A stretch of 64,000 bases of DNA. Origin: a virus. The DNA lies in IMG/VR virus record IMGVR_UViG_646564589_000005; one strand, given 5' to 3'. The notes below the pieces were generated by a model that saw nothing but the letters and a program-made list of their open reading frames with translations, was not told the origin of the DNA and made no database searches. Positions 27,711 through 36,753 of the stretch are shown here, in pieces (position 1 is the stretch's first letter; every line of letters starts with the position of its first letter). A program made the translations under genes and the position numbers.

Positions 27711-28352
27711 ATGCCACAAAGATTGGTAAGTCCTGAAAAGATTAATGAAGTTTTCGCTCATTTGAACGAAAGCTCAGATAATCACACCCTCTACGCCTCT
27801 TTAATGGGTGGAGCAGATATCACAGGACAAATAAAAGGATTACCCCTTTCTCCTGGCTATCGCATGGTTCGTATTGATAATCGATTGACTAATAAGATTA
27901 GTCAGTCTCATTTTGAGCTGGCTCTGATAAACGACATATCAAAAGAGGTCGCTTATTATAACCGAGTGGTTATACAGCCTGACGTTGAGTTAAATTGCCG
28001 TCCTGTAACCCAAATTCTCGTTTGGCGCATTAGAACTCCTCAGCATCGGGCAGCTCTACGTGATTTAGCTGGTAAGGTGTTCTTTGATTATCTGCTGGAG
28101 CGCTATAACGTAATAGTATCTGACATGAATCAAACTAATGATGGCATGGCTTTTTGGCAGGATCGCATGTATGACGCCCTGATGTATAATCTGCATGTTT
28201 ACGCCTATGACATGATAACCTGCGAACTGCGCAAGATTCTGACTCAAGATGATGTTAGCCGACAAGAGATGTGGCTATGGGGTGATCCCGAGCATCATCA
28301 AAACAGACTGGCTATCATTTCTAAAAGTGAATTACCAATGCCAAAAGAATAA
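27711..28352 (+). CDS. GNAT-fold-like moron protein
   Basis: VFFDYLL....IVSD.NQT.DG..FW resembles GNAT motif B; own RBS and terminators at 28358-28411. Confidence 0.6.
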   Translation: MPQRLVSPEKINEVFAHLNESSDNHTLYASLMGGADITGQIKGLPLSPGYRMVRIDNRLTNKISQSHFELALINDISKEVAYYNRVVIQPDVELNCRPVTQILVWRIRTPQHRAALRDLAGKVFFDYLLERYNVIVSDMNQTNDGMAFWQDRMYDALMYNLHVYAYDMITCELRKILTQDDVSRQEMWLWGDPEHHQNRLAIISKSELPMPKE

Positions 28353-28501
28353 CTTACTAACCCGCTTCGGCGGGTTTTTCACATCTAACGCCGCTTAACT
28401 GCGGTTTTTTTTAATTTCTAATTACATGCTTTTTAACTGTGTGCTTTGTTTTACATAAATAAAGGCGGTTATTCCGCCTTATTATCAAACAGAGGATTTC
28501 A

Positions 28502-28702
28502 ATGATGGATAATACTGATTTAAAAAATAATCAAGGTGATCAAAAACCCAAACGACACCCTCAATCTCTAGGGTCTGAAATGTTACGCAAAATTTCTCGT
28601 AGGTTTCCCCATATATCTCAAGAGGTGTCCACTCCCAGACAAGTACAGACTGAGCGTATTCGATGGCCTACTGAGGGTTTTCCACCCCCTGTGAGGTTAT
28701 AA
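28502..28702 (+). CDS. Possible 66-aa basic protein
   Basis: AGAGGA RBS; no recognisable motif. Confidence 0.35.
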   Translation: MMDNTDLKNNQGDQKPKRHPQSLGSEMLRKISRRFPHISQEVSTPRQVQTERIRWPTEGFPPPVRL

Positions 28703-28731
28703 TGATGGAATAAGCCATCCGTGGCTTGGGG

Positions 28732-29502
28732 TTAGGCGTTGAATTTATAGCTTTCCAATGCCTTCATCATGGGTTGCATATCTTCTTTACGTATCAGCAG
28801 GTATCCAGCACGTTGTGCAATTTCCATAAAATCATTTATGGTCGCTACATGGTGATTTGGTGTTAGTGCTGAGGAGTAAACAACTTCGCCGTTTTCCAGT
28901 TCCATTAGTAACTTTCCGCTGAATCCAGAATAACCACGCAGAACAGGTAATTCTTCTTTGCCAAGATACTCACCTTCCATTGCCATCTTGTGAACATATT
29001 CGATAGCCTGTGGTAACTGATCGGCTGTCAATTCGTCTATATGCTCTACATTGAACCGCTGGTGAACCAGTGAGTAAGCCTCTGGGTACATGATACCTTT
29101 CTTGCTGACCAGAAGGTTAACGGCGTTCTTTAATGGGTTCCGTTGCTGAACTGTGGTCTTACTTTCTACTGTACTAATACGACCATTAACCAAGTCATCA
29201 TATGCTCTGATAACTTTTAGGGCGAATGCGGCGCTGATCCACATTGCATAGGAATAAACTAATTCTTTGCAAACGTAAGTTCCGCCATAGCGCCCCTTTT
29301 TTATGAATACAGATTTAAAGGTAGGATTTTCTACCTTTGAAATTTCTTCAATCAAATCTTTAGCTTGCTGAGTAGATAACCAATGCACTGGTTTATTTTT
29401 TTGCTCACCGCCAGATGCTTGATGTAGATCATTCAGTGAGTAGCGTCCATCTTTATCTTGATGAATTGATGTGCTAGAGATGGTTAATTGATTAGTAATC
29501 AT
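28732..29502 (-). CDS. ant: Antirepressor: KilA-N plus P22 Ant C-terminal-like domain
   Basis: YSLNDLH.ASGG, GGTYVCKELV.SYAMWISA.F.LKV; HQRFNVEHIDEL...AIEYVH. Confidence 0.9.
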   Translation of the reverse strand: MITNQLTISSTSIHQDKDGRYSLNDLHQASGGEQKNKPVHWLSTQQAKDLIEEISKVENPTFKSVFIKKGRYGGTYVCKELVYSYAMWISAAFALKVIRAYDDLVNGRISTVESKTTVQQRNPLKNAVNLLVSKKGIMYPEAYSLVHQRFNVEHIDELTADQLPQAIEYVHKMAMEGEYLGKEELPVLRGYSGFSGKLLMELENGEVVYSSALTPNHHVATINDFMEIAQRAGYLLIRKEDMQPMMKALESYKFNA

Positions 29503-29557
29503 GAGATGACTCCTTTTGCTTTATTTCGATATTGAGTTACCACTAACAAAGAGTGGT

Positions 29558-29635
29558 GTCAGGAGGTTCGAAACGGTGCAAAAGAGACCGCGGACTTATT
29601 CCCCTTTCGGGTGTTGTATTCGTCGCCCTCCCGAC
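29558..29635 (-). ncRNA. c4: C4-type antisense RNA (78 nt)
   Basis: Closing stem GTCGGGAGG/CCTCCTGAC; elements CTTTTGC and GTTTCGA complementary to targets upstream (29719-29736) and at the ant RBS (29513-29529). Confidence 0.85.
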
Positions 29636-29680
29636 TTTGAATCGGAGATATGGTTGATCAATCAACCATTAAAATTTAGG

Positions 29681-29710
29681 CATAAAAAATCCAACACTGA
29701 CGGGGTTGGC
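29681..29710 (-). terminator. Attenuator between the a1/b1 targets and C4
   Basis: CCAAC-N9-GTTGG followed by ATTTTTT. Confidence 0.65.
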
Positions 29711-29751
29711 TCTGACCGCTTTTGCTGAGGTTTCGACGCCTCTTGGCGGTA

Positions 29752-29780
29752 AATTTATAAGTAAACTTGTACTCTGTCAA
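29752..29780 (-). promoter_or_regulatory. Promoter of the c4-ant operon (TTGACA-17-TAAATT)
   Basis: Consensus -35 and 17-nt spacer, immediately upstream of a1/b1. Confidence 0.8.
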
Positions 29781-29835
29781 CTAATATAGCGTTAAGTGCA
29801 TGCAACATCATATAATATATTTGTTTTGCTTTAAC

Positions 29836-29862
29836 TTGCATCTTTACTGAGTAACACTGCAA
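29836..29862. promoter_or_regulatory. 27-bp inverted repeat TTGCA-N3-TTACT-G-AGTAA-N3-TGCAA, probable Arc-family operator
   Basis: Direct reading; upstream of the operon encoding Arc. Confidence 0.5.
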
Positions 29863-29890
29863 ATAGTCAAATAAAAGTAAGAGCGCAATT

Positions 29891-30160
29891 ATGAAAAAGT
29901 ACAACAAAGAAGTATTTGAACAGATCTCAAAACTACAATGGGTATTGGATATAGCCCAAGAGTATGAAGGAATTTGTTTATTTACTGAAGACACATTAAC
30001 CATTGATTATTATGATGAATTTTGTCAATGTTCAGTGCATCTTGGATTTGATGATCAGTTTGCAATAAGGGATTCATTTGGTAACTGGCGGCAAACAAGT
30101 GCAGAAGAGTGTATTGAGCTTAGAGAAGGAAAACTAAAGGGATCAATGAAGTTAATGTGA
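29891..30160 (+). CDS. 89-aa hypothetical protein
   Basis: First gene of the rightward accessory operon. Confidence 0.65.
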   Translation: MKKYNKEVFEQISKLQWVLDIAQEYEGICLFTEDTLTIDYYDEFCQCSVHLGFDDQFAIRDSFGNWRQTSAEECIELREGKLKGSMKLM

Positions 30161-30176
30161 TTAATGGCTAAGTTCA

Positions 30177-30428
30177 ATGAAGAAAGTTAGAGATATCAGT
30201 CCGTACAGCATAAGGATGCCTGACGAATTAAAGGAAAAGCTGACCGATAGAGCGAGGAAGAACGGGCGCTCCCTTAATTCTGAAATGGTCATGATCTTAC
30301 AAACTGCTGTAGACGAAGAATCAAAACCAAAGAACATAGACGAACTTGTGCAGTTAGAGTCTGAGAAGTTCAAAGAGTTGTTTATGAAAACAATCAAGCG
30401 GATGTATGAAGGGAAAGACAATGAATAA
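30177..30428 (+). CDS. arc: Arc/Mnt-family ribbon-helix-helix regulator
   Basis: PYSIRMPDELKEKL...A.KNGRSLNSE.V.IL. Confidence 0.92.
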   Translation: MKKVRDISPYSIRMPDELKEKLTDRARKNGRSLNSEMVMILQTAVDEESKPKNIDELVQLESEKFKELFMKTIKRMYEGKDNE

Positions 30429-30822
30429 TGAAAGAATAGCGTTTATTCACCCGTATAATCCTGATAGCGATGAACAGCCATTGCTTGTTTTTGAGTGCGA
30501 AGAATTACCATTTATTGTTGATTTTCATTTCAAGGTTTTCATGATTAATTTAAAACATGATGAGCCGTATTACATACAAAGCCAGTTGTTTAGGGTTACA
30601 GATTCGAACCAAACAGAAGTGTGTGATAAAAAAGGCTTTTGGATGAAAACAGAAGATACGCAGGGGAAGCCAGATGATATCGCTGCATCTATCAGGCTCA
30701 GTTTTCTCAAGTCCATGTTTTCATATGAGGGCACGTATTTCGTTAGGACTGGCATTCTAGTCAATAACGAGGAAATTGATGGCAATGAGGCCTACTTTAA
30801 AGTGAGTCTTGTAAATGAATAA
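30421..30822 (+). CDS. 133-aa beta-rich hypothetical protein (module 1 partner)
   Basis: Coupled to arc and to the downstream gene by 8-nt overlaps. Confidence 0.65.
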   Translation: MNNERIAFIHPYNPDSDEQPLLVFECEELPFIVDFHFKVFMINLKHDEPYYIQSQLFRVTDSNQTEVCDKKGFWMKTEDTQGKPDDIAASIRLSFLKSMFSYEGTYFVRTGILVNNEEIDGNEAYFKVSLVNE

Positions 30823-31390
30823 AATTACAGTTGATGCTAGATTAGAATCAAGAAACCGATTCAAGGTGGTTAAGCCTCATGAAAACTCAGATGATTATGA
30901 ATCACAGCAATCTAAAATTGGTGGCAGTGGTGGAGGTGGCGGTATGGAATCACGAGTAGCAAGACTTGAATCAGACGTTGAACATATCAAAACTACCATG
31001 AACGATATGAAGTCTGACCTGAAAACAGTTACCGGTGATGTCGGCACAATGAAGACTGACGTTGCTGTTATTAAGCAAAAATTAGACGCAATCGACAGCG
31101 CTCTATCTAAGAAACCAAGCGAAGATCAGCTTGATGCTAGATTAACAAAGACAGAGAACAGATTTGACTCTAAGCTCACAGAAGTAGAGAACAGATTTAA
31201 CTCTAAATTCAAAGAGATGGACAATAAACTTGATAATGCAATATCTCGAATTGAGTCATCTCTTGAGAAAAATGCATTATCTTTTGATGGTAAGTTGAAA
31301 GATGCACGTTTAAGTTTAATCCTCTGGATTTTAGGTCTGCCTGGCCTATTGTTTGTCATCTATCGACTATACATATCATTTTTAGGCTAA
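30815..31390 (+). CDS. Coiled-coil protein with C-terminal TM and internal SD-ATG at 30944
   Basis: GGGG-MESRVARLE motif, heptads, hydrophobic C-terminus. Confidence 0.75.
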   Translation: MNKITVDARLESRNRFKVVKPHENSDDYESQQSKIGGSGGGGGMESRVARLESDVEHIKTTMNDMKSDLKTVTGDVGTMKTDVAVIKQKLDAIDSALSKKPSEDQLDARLTKTENRFDSKLTEVENRFNSKFKEMDNKLDNAISRIESSLEKNALSFDGKLKDARLSLILWILGLPGLLFVIYRLYISFLG

Positions 31391-31531
31391 AGCTCCATTC
31401 ACGGGCTTTATGCTGTTTACGGTTAAATAGTGTGAAATTGCTTGATAATGAGGGGCTGTTCCAGTTGAACAGAATAGAAGAGAAATTTTAGAGAAGTGCT
31501 TGGCTGATAATGGTAAATAACCGAGGTAAAT

Positions 31532-32074
31532 ATGTCAGATATTTCAATACAGGGCGAACCAAGAGATTATTATAAAATTCTCATAAAAAGTGACGATAGC
31601 GAATGTTATCAGGCCAACAGGCGCACAATAAGAGAAATAATGAAAGTTATAAATGGAGCTACGGAAAAGTATCAAGAGAATGGTGATTCTGATACGGTTA
31701 TTCAAATGCATCAAGATTATTATGATGCTTTTGATGTTTTCATTCTTAATGAGCCTGACGATGCAAAGATAGCTATGCGTAGCGTGCTGGCAGAAGAAAT
31801 GAAAGCCAAAGAATGTGAGCTTAATATTGGCGGTGGTTCTATACCAAAAGTAATAGGTTTTCTATTAACATTTATTGGCCTATTTGTTTGCTTTTATGCT
31901 TGCACAATGAATATTTCAGTTGGGTATTATGACAAGGTTATTAATGCTGGATTAGTTGCAGATCGGCAGCTTTATATGACGGCTGGAGTGGGAATCACCA
32001 TTATTGGCTCGTTGGCAATTTTATTTTCGTTGCTTTTGGGTAAAATGGGAAAACGATTTATAGCAAGACAATAA
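31532..32074 (+). CDS. Membrane protein with two C-terminal TM segments
   Basis: Hydrophobic VIGFLLTFIGLFVCFYA and VGITIIGSLAILFSLLL; GAGG RBS; terminator 32126-32153. Confidence 0.75.
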   Translation: MSDISIQGEPRDYYKILIKSDDSECYQANRRTIREIMKVINGATEKYQENGDSDTVIQMHQDYYDAFDVFILNEPDDAKIAMRSVLAEEMKAKECELNIGGGSIPKVIGFLLTFIGLFVCFYACTMNISVGYYDKVINAGLVADRQLYMTAGVGITIIGSLAILFSLLLGKMGKRFIARQ

Positions 32075-32170
32075 AATTATCAATCCGTCACGCTTTGAAA
32101 TTATATTCCCTTATATGTACCAAATAACCCTGCCACATGGCGGGGTTTTCTTTTTTAAGGAACCGACAAA

Positions 32171-35100
32171 ATGGCAGATCATCAGGTAGGTAATATTGTT
32201 TACCAAGTATCAATGGATGTAGCGCAATTGCTCACTGCCCAGCGCCAAGTAAATGATAGATTGGATGGTTTAGAACGCGGAATGGGTAGGGCAGACATGG
32301 CTACAAGAAGTCTAGGGAAGTCAATGTCATCATTATCTATGGTAGCATCAAGTCTTATTTCAGCGCTCTATATCCAACAAATTGCCAAATATGCAGATAG
32401 CTGGACTACTGTAAACAACAAATTAGTTAATTCCAAAAAGGCACATGAAGAGCTTGGTGAAGTGACTGCGCGTGTATTCGATATCGCTCAAAGGTCAAGA
32501 ACTAGCCTAGAAGCCACAGCTACACTGTATGGTCGTCTTGAGAAAGCTACTCGCTCATTAAATATGGGCGCTAGAGACTTAGGTGATATGACTGAAACAA
32601 TAAATAAAGCGCTTATTGTGTCAGGTGCGACAGCGGCAGAATCATCCAGTGTACTTGTTCAGTTATCGCAAGCTTTAGCAGCAGGTGCATTACGTGGCGA
32701 GGAATTCAACTCCGTTAGCGAGAACGGCATAAGGATAATGCAAGCCATTGCTGACTATCTTGGTAAAGATATCGGTCAATTAAAGGCAATGGCAGCGCAA
32801 GGTAAATTAACCTCCAAAATAGTTGTCGCTGCAATGAAAGCAAGTGCAGATAAAATCGCCAAAGAATTTGCTAAAACTACCTCCACGATAGAACAGGCGT
32901 TCGTGGTCGCTAACAATAACGTCACCAAGTTCGTTGGTGAGTCTAGTAAGGTAAGTACAGCAGCGAACATATTCAATAAATCATTGGTGAATTTGAGCGG
33001 AAATCTGGATGTATTTGCTACCGCTATCGGCATGGTAGCACTAGCGGCTGTCGCTAAATTTAATGGCGCACTGGCAGGTAAAGTGAGAGCTATGCACACA
33101 TCCACGCAAGCTTCTCTGGCTGATGCTAGGGCATCACACGCCAACGCATTAGCAACAGAACATGCAGCTATTGCTGCTAATCGTAAAGCACTTGCGGATA
33201 GAGAACAGGCTATTTTGGCCTATATGGTTGCAGAAGCGGAACTTAAAGCAGCGGCTGGTACTAATGCTGAGAGGATAGCGACTGATAATCTCGTCATTGC
33301 TAAGTCTAGGTTAGCAATAGTCAACCTAGAAGTGGCAACTACTGGCAAAGTAGCAGCGGTAGCTACTGCTGCTGTTGGTGTTGCCGCTAAAGAGGCATCT
33401 GTGGGCTTGAGATTGCTGGGATCTGCATTCGCTTTTGTGGGGGGATGGTTCGGCCTTATCACCATCGCAGCAGGGGTTTTTTACTATATGTATGAAAAAA
33501 CCAAACAGGCATCAGACGGTGCGAGGGAATATGCGAAAAATTTAGGCGATGTTAAAGAAAAACTCAAGGATTTGAGTGTGGAAGAGGTTGCTGCTGAAAT
33601 TGATAAGATGAATAAATCAATCAAGCAGATGGGAATAGACGCCAAAAACGCAGAGCAAAAAATTGATGAATTGCAGAAGGAACTCGATAAATTCAAAGAC
33701 CCTAAAAAAAGAGCGATAAAAATAGCCTATTACACGAGTAACGGGCTTGATAGCGATTTTGCCGAGCAAGCTGTTACTGATGATGAGAAACAAGCGCAAG
33801 AGGCTCTAACGCAAGCTAAAGCAGATCATGTACGCATAACAAGAGAGCTGAACAACGCCAAGGCAAATTCGGCGAAAATGTCCGATATCGGAAACAAAAA
33901 AATAGCGGAAACAAATAAGTTAATTTATGAGCAAGGTAAAAAGGAAATCCCTAATAACGTTAAGGAATGGGAGAATGCAGGGAAAACATACGGGGAGGTA
34001 GTGGATTTAATAAAAGTTAAACTTAGTAGCCTTGGTATCGCAATTAAATCCGTAGGCGAAGATACAAAAGAAGTTAATAAGAAAATGGAAGGCATGATTA
34101 AGAATGCCGAAAGGGACTTGGAAATAGCATCGATACCTGATGAAAAAGGCAAACTGATAAAAGAAGCTGAGTTTGAAGCTAAGGATGCGGGTGCAAACTC
34201 AGGAGATACTGAAAAGTACGTTAATCTGGTTGTTAAAAAACAAGAAGTTGATGAAGCAGCCGAGAAACGAAAAAAGGCCGCTCAGGAGGCTGAATCAGCA
34301 GCTAAGAAAGCTCAAGATGAGGCTGAAAGTCGTTCTAAACAGATTGCAAACTCACTTAAAGATCAACGCGAAGAACTTGAACGCCTCAACACTGGCTACG
34401 AAGAAAACAGCCTTGAGATGGCTAAATATGATGCTCGAAAGGCGATGCCGGAGGGTTCTAGTGAACTCCAGATAAAAGCAGCGGAAGATCTTGCTGCAAG
34501 AATTTGGCTGGCTAACCAAGCAAAAGATGACAAAATTAAAGCCTCTGAACTCGATGTTGCAGCCCATTCCGCAAAGCTTCGGAAGAAAGAAGAAGATGAC
34601 CTCACGAGGATGTACGATAAGCACCTCATCGACGAAAAAACGTTCCAAGAGCAGATGAAAGCAATTAAGGACAAGGCCGAAGAAGAGGAACGACAACGCA
34701 AAGTCAATGAAGCCGTATCGCCTGCCATGAAAACCCTTGGGGAATTCGACCCAGTACAAAACCTCATTAATGAACATGATAGAAAAATAGCAGCTATCAC
34801 AGATTTCGAGCAGAGGCATACCGAGTTGAAAGAACAGGCCGAGGCAGCCAGAGCCGCTATCGAAAAGAAGTATCAAGAAGACCTTGCTAACGCCCAATGG
34901 GAACAATGGAAAGGCCAGAATGAGATGTATCAATTTCTGGGTGATGCTATGGAGTCATTGGGACAACGCTCTGCCAATTCCATAACAGGGCTGCTAACCG
35001 GCACTCAAAGCGCCAACGATGCCATGCGAAACCTCGCGTTAACCATCACTAACGAGGCGGTGTCTGCTTTGGTTCAAATGGGGATGCAGCAAATCAAGAA

Positions 35101-35602
35101 CATGGTCATCGGTAAAGCTGTTAACACTGCGGCTGCGGCATCGGCTGTAGCAACAGGCGCGACGATTACTACGGCAATGGCTCCTGCTGCTGCGGCTACC
35201 AGTGTAGCAACAATGGGAACTGCGGCGACTTTCGGTCTAACTGCAATGGCGGTGGCAATACCTGCAATGATCGCATTAATGGGCGCTCGTAAAAATGGTG
35301 GGCCAGTCAGTCCGAACGGTGCTTATCGCATTGGTGAAGACAATAAGCCTGAAATATTCAAAGCGAATAACGGTCATCAATACATGATACCGGGTGACAG
35401 GGGGCAGGTGATTAGTAATAGGGATATGGGGAAAGGTGGTAGTGGTGGTATAGTTATTAATCAGGTCAATAATTTCAATGTCAGTAATAATGGTCAATTT
35501 ACAGCCGAAAATGCTAGGATGTTATCTGGTTTTGTTAGGCGCGAAGTCTATGATGTCTTGGCTAATGAGACGCAGCGTGACGGTGGTTTACTTAATCAGT
35601 AA
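32171..35602 (+). CDS. H: Tail tape measure protein
   Basis: 1143 aa, Ala-rich; QLSQAL.AG.LRGEEFNSV.E tape-measure N-domain. Confidence 0.95.
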   Translation: MADHQVGNIVYQVSMDVAQLLTAQRQVNDRLDGLERGMGRADMATRSLGKSMSSLSMVASSLISALYIQQIAKYADSWTTVNNKLVNSKKAHEELGEVTARVFDIAQRSRTSLEATATLYGRLEKATRSLNMGARDLGDMTETINKALIVSGATAAESSSVLVQLSQALAAGALRGEEFNSVSENGIRIMQAIADYLGKDIGQLKAMAAQGKLTSKIVVAAMKASADKIAKEFAKTTSTIEQAFVVANNNVTKFVGESSKVSTAANIFNKSLVNLSGNLDVFATAIGMVALAAVAKFNGALAGKVRAMHTSTQASLADARASHANALATEHAAIAANRKALADREQAILAYMVAEAELKAAAGTNAERIATDNLVIAKSRLAIVNLEVATTGKVAAVATAAVGVAAKEASVGLRLLGSAFAFVGGWFGLITIAAGVFYYMYEKTKQASDGAREYAKNLGDVKEKLKDLSVEEVAAEIDKMNKSIKQMGIDAKNAEQKIDELQKELDKFKDPKKRAIKIAYYTSNGLDSDFAEQAVTDDEKQAQEALTQAKADHVRITRELNNAKANSAKMSDIGNKKIAETNKLIYEQGKKEIPNNVKEWENAGKTYGEVVDLIKVKLSSLGIAIKSVGEDTKEVNKKMEGMIKNAERDLEIASIPDEKGKLIKEAEFEAKDAGANSGDTEKYVNLVVKKQEVDEAAEKRKKAAQEAESAAKKAQDEAESRSKQIANSLKDQREELERLNTGYEENSLEMAKYDARKAMPEGSSELQIKAAEDLAARIWLANQAKDDKIKASELDVAAHSAKLRKKEEDDLTRMYDKHLIDEKTFQEQMKAIKDKAEEEERQRKVNEAVSPAMKTLGEFDPVQNLINEHDRKIAAITDFEQRHTELKEQAEAARAAIEKKYQEDLANAQWEQWKGQNEMYQFLGDAMESLGQRSANSITGLLTGTQSANDAMRNLALTITNEAVSALVQMGMQQIKNMVIGKAVNTAAAASAVATGATITTAMAPAAAATSVATMGTAATFGLTAMAVAIPAMIALMGARKNGGPVSPNGAYRIGEDNKPEIFKANNGHQYMIPGDRGQVISNRDMGKGGSGGIVINQVNNFNVSNNGQFTAENARMLSGFVRREVYDVLANETQRDGGLLNQ

Positions 35603-35620
35603 CTAGCTTGTATGAAAACG

Positions 35621-35636
35621 CTGTAAATAAAATCAG
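35621..35636. promoter_or_regulatory. LexA (SOS) box-like CTGTAAATAAAATCAG
   Basis: CTG-N10-CAG with an AT-rich spacer in the intergenic region before module 2. Confidence 0.45.
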
Positions 35637-35699
35637 TAACACGAATCCAATAACTGATGCTTAAATTGTGTAATAAAATTTCTGTTATTGGAGTGGGTG

Positions 35700-36062
35700 A
35701 TGGATACTGAACCGAAGAGAATCGAAAGTAAAGAGAGGAAACTTTGGGAGAAATTTAAGTTGGTTACTGCTTTAAGTTTTTCTCAATTCTTAAGAAGTAG
35801 AGGGATACCCGCTATATCATGCGTAATGTGTGGCAATAAGGATGTTAGATTTCCTTCAATGGCTGACGGGACAGATGAAGAGTTCTATCTCATTCCGATA
35901 GAAGTTAACGAGGTATCCATTAAAAGTAAATATAATATAGCCAAATATAAATATAGGGGCATTTGTCAAAATTGTAGTCATGAAATGTATTTCAATGCCT
36001 ATCATGTTATTAACTGGCTAGAAAATGGTGGCAAGCAGAGTACGGAAGGTAAGAATGGCTAA
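35700..36062 (+). CDS. Zn-ribbon protein (CVMC...CQNC), module 2 partner
   Basis: Two CxxC pairs; GGAG RBS. Confidence 0.75.
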   Translation: MDTEPKRIESKERKLWEKFKLVTALSFSQFLRSRGIPAISCVMCGNKDVRFPSMADGTDEEFYLIPIEVNEVSIKSKYNIAKYKYRGICQNCSHEMYFNAYHVINWLENGGKQSTEGKNG

Positions 36063-36363
36063 GCATTTAGAGAATGTAATCCCTATATTTAAAGATACTC
36101 CCTTGCCAGAAAATGAAACCAGTCACTCTGGAGGGAATGGTGGAGGTGGAGAGATGGAAACAAGAGTTAAAAAGTTAGAAGAATATGTACATTCCATCAA
36201 AGTAGATCTCGCTGTCATCAAATCAAACTATGCAACAAAAGAAGATATTGCATCGGTGAGAGTTGAAGTACAAAAAGCTATTGCAAACCAAACTAAATGG
36301 ATAGCTGCGACCCTCATAGCCACAGCGAGTATTGCAATTGCCGTATCTAAATTGATTTTTTAA
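36055..36363 (+). CDS. Coiled-coil protein with C-terminal TM and internal SD-ATG at 36154
   Basis: GGGGE-METRVKKLE motif; paralogue of 30815-31390; terminator 36381-36406. Confidence 0.75.
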   Translation: MAKHLENVIPIFKDTPLPENETSHSGGNGGGGEMETRVKKLEEYVHSIKVDLAVIKSNYATKEDIASVRVEVQKAIANQTKWIAATLIATASIAIAVSKLIF

Positions 36364-36417
36364 TTTATTCTGAAAGCTAAAAAAGCCTCCCTGCGAGGCT
36401 TTTTTTATGGGTTAAAT

Positions 36418-36753
36418 ATGACAAAAACAGAATTCAAATGGCGGCCTCAAGATAACTATGAGGTCACACATGAGCCGCGTGTCAGGGTCGTGAAATTCGG
36501 TGATGGTTATGAGCAGAGAGTCAAAGACGGCATTAACAACCAGTTGAAGCGCTATCAACTCAGTTTTATTGAGAAAGTGGATACAGGGCGAGCCATTGAC
36601 GGGTTTCTGCGAGCCAGAGGTGCGGTGGAGTCTTTTACATGGCTCACTAGTGACGATAACCAATTGCGTACTTTCGTTTGTCGTTCTTGGACGGTAAACA
36701 GGCAACAGGTGATCTGGTCTATCAGTTGCACCTTTGAGGAGGTAGTAGCGTGA
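36418..36753 (+). CDS. M: Minor tail protein M
   Basis: V.V.KFGDGYEQR..DGIN; FL.ARG.VESF.W. Confidence 0.93.
   Translation: MTKTEFKWRPQDNYEVTHEPRVRVVKFGDGYEQRVKDGINNQLKRYQLSFIEKVDTGRAIDGFLRARGAVESFTWLTSDDNQLRTFVCRSWTVNRQQVIWSISCTFEEVVA

Noticed and set aside
29774-29789. LexA-like CTGTCAACTAATATAG over the c4-ant -35
   Set aside because: The invariant CAG is TAG; unlikely to bind LexA
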